From NCBI GenBank assembly GCA_043803105.1, contig JAZDKJ010000006.1:384001-448000 (forward strand): 64,000 bases of DNA, given 5' to 3'. Shown here in pieces: positions 19,310 through 26,427 of this stretch. This DNA is from Candidatus Woesearchaeota archaeon (GTDB lineage: Archaea; Nanobdellota; Nanobdellia; Woesearchaeales; JAZDKJ01). Position 1 is the stretch's first letter. Each line of letters begins with the position of its first letter. A program made the translations under genes and the position numbers. The notes under the pieces are model-generated. The model had not been told where the DNA came from. It saw nothing but the letters and a program-made list of their open reading frames with translations, and ran no database searches.

Positions 19310-19463
19310 CGCCCGGTCAGGGATTTTCACTTGATGAGATTTGAACTGTCAGAAATTCACTGAATTTCTGAGCATGCTCGGAAACATAGTTTCCGACACC
19401 TGGAGACCTGTGATGGTCAATTGCTTTTCAGGCAACCGCGATACCCGATTACGCTAGCCCGGC
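19310..19463 (-). pseudogene. tRNA-Ser-like gene with GAA anticodon, 59/60 intron and 52-nt T-stem insertion; probably a pseudo-tRNA
   Basis: GCCGGGCTAGCG start; anticodon arm GTTGC-CTGAAAA-GCAAT; long variable arm GACC/GGTC; G73; two acceptor-stem mismatches; BHB-type intron tctcatcaagtgaaaa. Confidence 0.65.
19347..19398. mobile_element. 52-nt twin-hairpin palindromic insertion (MITE/REP-like)
   Basis: TGTC...GACA termini; hairpins tcagaaattca/tgaatttctga and tcggaaac/gtttccga around central gagcatgctc; interrupts the CAGG|G T stem. Confidence 0.6.
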
Positions 19464-19673
19464 CTCGCACATTTCTAAATTGACCTGAACCTTAATATGT
19501 TCAATTGAGAATTTTCCGTAAGTTCTGCGACAAAACCGAGCAAAATCTTATATACCAGAATGCTTACAAACTTTATGACCTGCGATTTAATTACCTGATT
19601 ACGCGAGCCCTTTTTATATAGTATTTTCTGTAGATTTGACCAATGGCTCAAGTAGCCTTGGCCAGAAATAAAA

Positions 19674-19875
19674 TGGGGCTGCTGGGATTTCCATGCTTCT
19701 AGGACGGTCTTTTGGCATCAGCCAAAAGCCTTTTCCCAGGTTTTTGCATATTGCAAAAAGCTGTTTGGACCCAGATTAGGAGGTTTTCCGCTGAAAACCT
19801 TAGGTCAAATGCCCCGAACCTCCAGTGATAGTTTCTCGAAGAGTTTCTCTCTTCTCCAAGTTACACTACAGCCCC
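19674..19875 (-). tRNA. tRNA-Pro(CGG) with three introns (D-loop ~19832-19854; 37/38: 19785-19812; 59/60: 19688-19763)
   Basis: Acceptor GGGGCTG/CAGCCCC-A; anticodon stem GGAGG/CCTCC with CGG; T stem CTGGG/CCCAG; 75 nt after intron removal; BHB helices TTCG/CGGA and TCCA/TGGA. Confidence 0.88.
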
Positions 19876-20076
19876 ATAGGTTGAACTGGAAAGCCACACT
19901 GTTGTATGACCTTCCTATAACTGCTAAACAGCAGGGTGTTAAAAAGGTTGCGATGGAACGTAACGATGTGATATATTAGAATTTTATGTGCCTCTTACCC
20001 TTCAGCAATGTGCAGATTCTGCTAATTAAATTTATATATAAAGAACTGTTTTATTGTTGCAATCGCTTGCATCACT

Positions 20077-21210
20077 ATGGATAACAGAGCAAAATTTGAA
20101 CTTATAACGAGAAATTTAGAAGAAGTACTAACACCTGCAGATTTAATGAAACTCATTGAAAATGATGAGCCTTTAAAGCATTATATTGGTTTTGAAATAA
20201 GTGGTAAGGTGCATCTTGGAACTGGACTTATGTGTATGTCCAAAATTAAAGACTTCATGGATGCAGGTGCGGATGTTTCTGTGTTTCTTGCTGACTGGCA
20301 TAGTTGGATTAATGATAAACTTGGTGGAGACAGAGAAGTTATCAAAAAAATTGCCGTCGGATATTTCAAAGAAGCGATGAAGGCTAGCCTTCTTTGTCTT
20401 GGTGGTAATCCTGAAAAAATAAGATTTGTACTTGGTACAGAACTTTATCACAATAATGACGATTATTGGGCAACCATGATTGATGTAAGTAAAAATACGA
20501 CTCTAGGCAGGATGACTCGGAGCATTACAATCCTTGGAAGAAAAGAAGGGGAGGGAGTTGATTTTGCAAAATTGATCTATCCTGCAATGCAGGTTTCAGA
20601 TATTTTTGTTCAGAAATTGAACATACCTCATGCAGGAATTGATCAAAGGAAAGCGCAAGTTATTGCAAGAGAAGTTGCTTTAAAAATGAAAGTAAGTCAA
20701 ATTACTGATAAAGAGGGTAATAAAATTAAACCCGTTGCCCTGCATCATCATCTGTTACTAGGTCTTGGCAAACCCCCGGTATGGCCTGTTCCTCAAGATA
20801 AATTACAGGATTTATGGTCATCAATGAAGATGAGCAAGTCCAAGCCGGACACTTGTGTTTTTGTTCACGATAGTCCTGATGAAATTAAAAGAAAGATTGC
20901 AAAGGCATTCTGCCCTGAAGGTGAAACTGTGTTCAATCCAGTACTTGATTGGGCTAAATATTTATTGTTCAGAGAGACGACTGATGAACTTATAGTAAAA
21001 AGGCCTGAAAAATTCGGTGGAACTGTTATATATACAACTTACGAAAAACTTGAAAAAGATTTTGCAGACAAAAAAGTTCATCCAATGGACCTTAAAGATT
21101 CAGTTGCTGAAAGTTTAATTAAACTACTTGAACCTGCAAGAATCCATTTTGAAAAACCTGAAATCAAAAAGACGTTGGATCAGCTTAACAAGCTCATAAC
21201 CACAAGGTGA
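20077..21210 (+). CDS. tyrS: tyrosyl-tRNA synthetase (archaeal type)
   Basis: YIGFEISGKVHLG, LADWH, YPAMQVSD, GIDQRK, KMSKS, HPMDLK. Confidence 0.96.
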   Translation: MDNRAKFELITRNLEEVLTPADLMKLIENDEPLKHYIGFEISGKVHLGTGLMCMSKIKDFMDAGADVSVFLADWHSWINDKLGGDREVIKKIAVGYFKEAMKASLLCLGGNPEKIRFVLGTELYHNNDDYWATMIDVSKNTTLGRMTRSITILGRKEGEGVDFAKLIYPAMQVSDIFVQKLNIPHAGIDQRKAQVIAREVALKMKVSQITDKEGNKIKPVALHHHLLLGLGKPPVWPVPQDKLQDLWSSMKMSKSKPDTCVFVHDSPDEIKRKIAKAFCPEGETVFNPVLDWAKYLLFRETTDELIVKRPEKFGGTVIYTTYEKLEKDFADKKVHPMDLKDSVAESLIKLLEPARIHFEKPEIKKTLDQLNKLITTR

Positions 21211-21296
21211 TTTTATTCCTTTTTGTATGTTTATTCTAGATAGTTAATATTAGAATACAAAATTTCAGGATTAGCCTAAAATGTTTTATGCTTCTT

Positions 21297-21404
21297 TTCG
21301 AATTCCGGTCGGACGCATTCTGGTTTCATCCTCAAGCGTAAGTGATAGTTGCTTCAGGCAACCGAGCGAACTGGTTGGCGCTGGCCAAGTTACACTACAG
21401 CCCC
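21297..21404 (-). pseudogene. 3'-truncated tRNA-Pro(GGG)-derived pseudogene, anticodon now GAG
   Basis: First 20 nt identical to tRNA-Pro(CGG); D-loop insert; TACGC-TTGAGG-[12 nt]-T-GCGTC; CGGAA-TTCGAA; no CAGCCCCA 3' strand. Confidence 0.65.
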
Positions 21405-21551
21405 GTTGATTGTTATTGTTTCGCGAAGCTCACAAGAAACCTGATAGTTTCTTGGGAGTCCCAAAAAACTTCAAGTTTTTTGTGACGAAAGGCGACTGAA
21501 AGGAGTGTAAAGGTGCCAGCTGACTTCTCAGCTGAGTAGCACTACAGCCCC
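21405..21551 (-). repeat. copy of tRNA nt 1-12 plus hairpin cassette, homologous to 9859-9931
   Basis: GGGGCTGTAGTG at 21540-21551 and 21393-21404; CAGCTG-agaagt-CAGCTG-GCACCTT; ends ACAATCAAC; contains a twin-hairpin palindrome at 21430-21485. Confidence 0.75.
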
Positions 21552-21633
21552 AATTACTCAAACCAATTCGGTCGATTGCTTAAAAAATTTGTGCTTTGCC
21601 AAGCTTTTTAAGGGTTTTAGATACTCCGTCCTG

Positions 21634-22141
21634 CATGGAGAGGGCACCACAGCAAAAACCTAGCCGTGAGTTGTTGATAGAAAAATTCCTCCAGGACAAC
21701 CAGTTTAATCTCGAAGATGTGATATCCAAGGACGAGATTTTCCAAAGCGCGAATGACCTTGCTTCAGCTATATACAAGAAGAGACCATCATACATAACCT
21801 TCAAGGATTATAATTTAGGTATAACAAGCAGGTTTCCACAGACACCAGAATTTGAGGTCATGATGCTTTACCAGGTCCACGAGACTGCTTTGAAGTTCAA
21901 GCAGCAAGGATACAACGAACTTAGCTGGAACCAGCTTAAATCAGCATACCTAAAAGTCCACTTACAATCAAGGCATGACGCTGCTGGACGCCATGCCAGG
22001 TACAACTCACATTTTCCAAAAGCCCCAAAAGAGTTTGTTAGAGGCAAACATCCTGTGCACAGCATGCTGCTTACCTTGGACAGCATGGCTGTAGATATAC
22101 TCCTCCATTATGCCACTTTGCGAATATACAAGAAAAGATAG
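21634..22141 (+). CDS. hypothetical protein
   Basis: ORF; ATG at 21634 follows a TTTTTAA box. Confidence 0.6.
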
Positions 22142-22147
22142 AAAATA

Positions 22148-22750
22148 TTGGTCTGGCAGAAAATATTAAATAGTTGCGTTTCAGGTTCATTGTTTATGGA
22201 CAAGCTGGAACAGGCAGGTTTCTTCCAGGCAGCGCTTATCAATCTATTGCTTGGAAACTTTATACTTGGCGGGCTTCTGGCGTCGATTTTCTTTCTTTTC
22301 TTTGAAGCTATTATTGTGCAATTTATTTGTATAGCATTAGTTGGCTTATACAGTGGTTGGCTGACAATCTCTGTGATGGCCGGCTTTGAAATGAACTCAA
22401 GCCAAAAAGTCCTTGCAGGAGCGCTTTGCCCTATTCCTGTTGTTTGCCTGTTATTTGTCGAGCAATTCATTTTCAGCAGGCTTGGAGCACAGCTTCAGAT
22501 GCTTGGAGCCCCTGTGCAGAGCACTGCTGCATCAATTTCGAATATTTTTGGCCATCCCTCTCTGCAGGTCACCATTATCTTCATTTCTGTCTACTATCTT
22601 GCATTCAATTTCTTTGCGATACGGGAGATTGACCGAGCAAAACAATTCAGTTCTTTAGGTTGGTACTCATTCGGCTTGATTTTGTTGACATTGATTGTTC
22701 TATTAGCAAGGTTCCTGGCTGCATCAGTCACCGGTGCCAAAGTGTCCTGA
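22148..22750 (+). CDS. hypothetical membrane protein
   Basis: About 5 hydrophobic segments; start uncertain (ATG at 22196 possible). Confidence 0.65.
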   Translation: MVWQKILNSCVSGSLFMDKLEQAGFFQAALINLLLGNFILGGLLASIFFLFFEAIIVQFICIALVGLYSGWLTISVMAGFEMNSSQKVLAGALCPIPVVCLLFVEQFIFSRLGAQLQMLGAPVQSTAASISNIFGHPSLQVTIIFISVYYLAFNFFAIREIDRAKQFSSLGWYSFGLILLTLIVLLARFLAASVTGAKVS

Positions 22751-22790
22751 TTTGGCAACTTTTATATATTGAAGTTTGTGATAATGTGTT

Positions 22791-23342
22791 GTGCCAAGAA
22801 AAAAGAGGGTTGTTCAGCATAATGTGCTTGAGTACCTATACATGATGATATTTATTGCCTCTGTTGCGCTGGTGGTATTTATCCTTTTTTCTGGAGGTCT
22901 TAGAGCAAAGTCAGAGGAGCTTCGCAGGCTTAAGGTGATTGATGATTTCAAGACCTCGCTTAACCTTGAGAGGCAGGCTTGCGGTTATAAGTGCGACACA
23001 GCCTGGTCTTCTGGCTGCGAAGAAGATTCTGTTGCCCAGTTCTGTTTAATTTCAGTAGAGCTCGATGTTGAGCACAATGGAAAGTTTGACTACAGTGAAA
23101 ATATTATCCCGGGAACAGGCGTTTGCGAAGACAAGGTCTTTTGCTCCCAGCTTGTCAGTTGCGATTGTGTCCAAGGGATGAGAGAATGCATTGATTTCCT
23201 GTGCCATTACTGGAAGGAGAGAGACATGGACGGTTCCAAGGCATTGAACATGAACCTTGTTCCTGGCTCATGCGATTACCTTAACGAGCCTTTGCATTGG
23301 TACAATCAATTGAGAACCTCTGAAGGCTTGGCCTGCAGTTAA
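22791..23342 (+). CDS. Cys-rich membrane-anchored hypothetical protein
   Basis: N-terminal TM; many cysteines in the soluble part. Confidence 0.7.
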   Translation: MPRKKRVVQHNVLEYLYMMIFIASVALVVFILFSGGLRAKSEELRRLKVIDDFKTSLNLERQACGYKCDTAWSSGCEEDSVAQFCLISVELDVEHNGKFDYSENIIPGTGVCEDKVFCSQLVSCDCVQGMRECIDFLCHYWKERDMDGSKALNMNLVPGSCDYLNEPLHWYNQLRTSEGLACS

Positions 23343-23677
23343 CGCTTCTGTTCCCTTAAGAGCCGCACAGTGTCCCTTAGTGCTGCAGTAAGTTCGTCTT
23401 TTCCACTGGATTTATCGAACACAACTGACTCTCTCATCTCTCTGATGATATCATTTCTTGCTGCCCTGATGGCATTTACTGCTTCTCCCTGCTGCCCTGT
23501 CTGCTGGAGTATGTTCGTAACCTTCTCTTCAAAATCCTTCAGCGCCTTGAAGATGTAGCTGTGCTGGCTATGTATCAGCTGGTGAGTGCTATTTAGGTCA
23601 AGCTTGTCTATCTTGTGGTGCAATGCCTCTATGCTTCTAGAGAGGTTTGCGATTTGTTCCTCAACCGCTAATGGCAT
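23339..23677 (-). CDS. hypothetical coiled-coil protein
   Basis: 112 aa; GGAGGAG upstream. Confidence 0.65.
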   Translation of the reverse strand: MPLAVEEQIANLSRSIEALHHKIDKLDLNSTHQLIHSQHSYIFKALKDFEEKVTNILQQTGQQGEAVNAIRAARNDIIREMRESVVFDKSSGKDELTAALRDTVRLLREQKR

Positions 23678-23724
23678 GTGCGCTCCTCCTGTTTGCGCTT
23701 ATATAAACTTTTGTAATCACTTCT

Positions 23725-24252
23725 CTAAGGTATTCTTCTCAATTGCCTGACAAGGTAATTTTGCGAGTCATCAGGCAGCTTATGTCTTGCCTCTTCCTGC
23801 ACAATTGGCTTTGCCTCTTCTTTTTTGGCGAACGGATTCTCTGCCAAGGGCTTGAGGATAAGTTCTACAGTTGACATTTCCTCTTCGCTTAGCTGTTTCG
23901 TCTTCCACTCAAGGTTAAGGCCGTCGTTCTCCATCCTTGGTATTATCTGGATCGTGAAATGTGCGTACATTTGTCCAGCAGCAACTCCATTGTTGACAAG
24001 GATATTTGTGCCGTGCATGCCCAGGCTTTCGAACACTGAGGTTGATATCTTGTTTGCCATAACAAAGAGTTTTTCGAGCTCGTCGTCCGGCACCTGTTCG
24101 AGTATTGTATAATGCTTTTTCGGGAAGAGAAGTACCTGGCCTGGAGTGCTCGGTTTGTCATGGAGCACCGCCTTCATCATGTCATCTTCATAGACAGTGA
24201 ATTCTGCCCTGCCCAAGGCAAGGTTGCATATTGTACAATCTTCTTTGTTCAT
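23725..24252 (-). CDS. HIT family protein (degenerate triad)
   Basis: CTIC...VYEDD...PGQVLLFPKKH...NNGVAAGQ..AHFTIQIIPR. Confidence 0.88.
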   Translation of the reverse strand: MNKEDCTICNLALGRAEFTVYEDDMMKAVLHDKPSTPGQVLLFPKKHYTILEQVPDDELEKLFVMANKISTSVFESLGMHGTNILVNNGVAAGQMYAHFTIQIIPRMENDGLNLEWKTKQLSEEEMSTVELILKPLAENPFAKKEEAKPIVQEEARHKLPDDSQNYLVRQLRRIP

Positions 24253-24878
24253 TTGAATAGTCTGCTTATTGAGTCAAGGTCTGTTTGCCCGGCATCTGTT
24301 TTAGCAGGTTTTTCTGCAGGTTTTTTCTCTTCTACATGGCTCGTTTCTCTTTTTGCAGGCAGTTCCTCAGTTACCATATCCTTCACTCCCAAGATTTCAT
24401 AGAGCCGCTTCTTTATCCTTTTCTGCACTTCATGCATGTCGTTTGCAGTCATCTGCTTTGCGGGAAGCTTGAACTCGATTCCATCGTCTGCCATTCTCGG
24501 TATGACATGCATCATGAAGTGCTGCGCCTTCTGGCCTGCCACTAATCCGTTGGCAATAAATACTGTGGTTCCTCCTGCCTTAAGGCCTTTCAAGATTGCG
24601 TTTGACAATCCCTTGGCTACTCTGGAGAGTTTTCCAGTAGTCTTGTCTGGGATCAAGGGCATTATTGCGTAATGCTCGTTTGGTAATAGCAAGATGTGTC
24701 CAGGATTTGCAGGATTGATGTCAAGGACTGCAGTGCAGTCATCGTCTGAGAAAAGCTTTCTTGATTGTACCTTGCTGGAAATTATTTGGCAGAAAATGCA
24801 TTGCTTTTTTTGGAACTCCTTGAGCTCTTCTGGAGACATGTTCTTGATTTTTTCCTCATACTCCTGCTGCGGGTCCAT
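24249..24878 (-). CDS. HIT family protein (degenerate triad)
   Basis: CIFCQII...LDINPANPGHILLLPNEH...NGLVAGQ..QHFMMHVIPR; start trimmed to MDPQQE. Confidence 0.9.
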   Translation of the reverse strand: MDPQQEYEEKIKNMSPEELKEFQKKQCIFCQIISSKVQSRKLFSDDDCTAVLDINPANPGHILLLPNEHYAIMPLIPDKTTGKLSRVAKGLSNAILKGLKAGGTTVFIANGLVAGQKAQHFMMHVIPRMADDGIEFKLPAKQMTANDMHEVQKRIKKRLYEILGVKDMVTEELPAKRETSHVEEKKPAEKPAKTDAGQTDLDSISRLFK

Positions 24879-24954
24879 TATTCTTTTGTCTTCCGAAGAA
24901 ACTATAAAAATGTTTCCAGAAAGAATTAAATAGGTGGATTCCGATTTTCGGGTT

Positions 24955-25725
24955 ATGGTTGAAATAAAGCTTGACCTGCGAAAATCGGTTGAAGAGAACG
25001 CTGGGCTACATTTTGAGAAAGCGAAAAAGCTAAAGAAAAAACTTGTTGGTGCAAAGGCAACAGTTGAGCGCGTCAGAAAAGAGCTTGATAGGTTTGAGAA
25101 AAAGGAGCTGGCTGCTGTTGAGCTGCCTAAGGTCGACAGGAGAAAACAATGGTTCGAAAAGTTCCGCTGGTTCTTGAGTTCAGAGGGTTTTCTTGTGGTT
25201 GGCGGCCGCGACGCAACTACCAACGAAATAATAATCAAGAAGCACACGGAGCCTGAAGACCTTGTTTTTCATACTGACATGTCAGGCTCTCCTTTTTTCG
25301 TTGTTAAGGCTGATGGAAAACAACCTGGTGTCCAGACCTTAAGGGAGGCTGCAGACGCCACTTTTTCTTTTAGTCGCAGCTCAAAGACAGGTATGACCAC
25401 TTCTCCTGTTTTTTACGTTACGCCTGCTCAGGTCTCAAGGACTCCTAATCCTGGTGAGTCATTGCCTAAAGGCGCTTTCATCATTCGTGGCAAGACCAAT
25501 TACATAGAAAACAAGTTTAATGTTGCTGTCGGTATCTATAAGGGAGCTGTTATGGCTGGCCCGCTTGAAGCAGTGCAGAAGCATTGCGAAAAATATCTCC
25601 AATTGATTCCTGGGGAAAAAAAGCCTTCTGACATTGCAAAGATGGTTAGGAAGCTTATTGGTGGAGAGCTTGATGAGATAATTAGGGCTCTCCCCAGTGG
25701 CAACTGTGACCTGAAGAAACCTTAA
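24955..25725 (+). CDS. NFACT RNA-binding domain protein (short Rqc2/DUF814-like)
   Basis: WFEKFRWFLSSEGFLVVGGRDATTNE, FHTDMSGSP, GESLPKGAFIIRG. Confidence 0.92.
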   Translation: MVEIKLDLRKSVEENAGLHFEKAKKLKKKLVGAKATVERVRKELDRFEKKELAAVELPKVDRRKQWFEKFRWFLSSEGFLVVGGRDATTNEIIIKKHTEPEDLVFHTDMSGSPFFVVKADGKQPGVQTLREAADATFSFSRSSKTGMTTSPVFYVTPAQVSRTPNPGESLPKGAFIIRGKTNYIENKFNVAVGIYKGAVMAGPLEAVQKHCEKYLQLIPGEKKPSDIAKMVRKLIGGELDEIIRALPSGNCDLKKP

Positions 25726-26284
25726 CACTATCTCCTTTTCTTGCAATATAATGGTAGTTCACATAGAGTTCAACGTTCGTTGCATTCACACCGAGGCCGT
25801 TGTGCACCATGATTAATCCACTCTTCTCGATTTCTCGCCTTAACGTTCTTGCTTGCCCAAGGTAGGAGGGAATATCAATTGCAAGCTTTAAGAGTCTTCC
25901 CCTTTCTCTGAATTCTCTCATTGGTCTCATTGGAACGTCTCCGACAAGGTAGCCTCCCGGTTTCAGCACTCGTGCTGTCTCTGTAAAAAGCATGTTCCTG
26001 TCATGAACCAGGTCTGCAAGATATCCCTGAACCACAACGTCGATGCACTCATCCCTAAAGGGGAGGCGCAGCGCATCTCCTGCAACCGCATCCTTTACAA
26101 GCAGTGGTTTTTGCTCTCTGTAGCAAAGGTCGAGTGCGATAGTCTGTCCTGATGAAGCCAAGTGAAGCGAGCTGTCCAAGGCAAAATATCCAGCTCCAAG
26201 GTCAAGCATGCTCTTTGATTCTAGTTCAGGCACAAATGCCAGAAGCGTCCTGTGGTCATACAAAATCATGCCATGTTGTTCCAT
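25682..26284 (-). CDS. class I SAM-dependent methyltransferase
   Basis: MLDLGAG, GDALRLPFRDECIDVV, RVLKPGG. Confidence 0.88.
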   Translation of the reverse strand: MEQHGMILYDHRTLLAFVPELESKSMLDLGAGYFALDSSLHLASSGQTIALDLCYREQKPLLVKDAVAGDALRLPFRDECIDVVVQGYLADLVHDRNMLFTETARVLKPGGYLVGDVPMRPMREFRERGRLLKLAIDIPSYLGQARTLRREIEKSGLIMVHNGLGVNATNVELYVNYHYIARKGDSVKVSSGHSCHWGEP

Positions 26285-26427
26285 ATATCACTTTTAAAGC
26301 TTGCTGCTGACATCTCGTGCCAGAGCAATATCATATATCAAAATGTTACTATTCCAGAATAGAAATGCTTTAATAAGGGGCGTCTAAGGTTCTTTGCAGG
26401 GTGTTTAGAGAAAAGCGAGGTGTCTAG

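Noticed and set aside
19310-19463. Selenocysteine or suppressor tRNA
   Set aside because: The 7-nt loop centres on GAA, not UCA or CUA, and no in-frame stop read-through was evident in the conserved genes.
19876-21404. Autonomous integrative element or provirus around tyrS
   Set aside because: No integrase, replication or structural genes; kept only as a compositional anomaly.
19856-21551. CRISPR-like array from the three cactacagcccc copies
   Set aside because: Spacing is irregular (about 1.5 kb and 147 nt), the repeats are tRNA 5' ends, and no cas genes are present.
24879-25247. Long N-terminal extension of the HIT ORF
   Set aside because: It is antisense to the NFACT gene; the plausible start is at 24878.
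26285-26427. Purine or ZTP riboswitch ahead of purD
   Set aside because: The region is AT-rich with divergent TATA-like boxes and a short leader; no recognisable aptamer structure.
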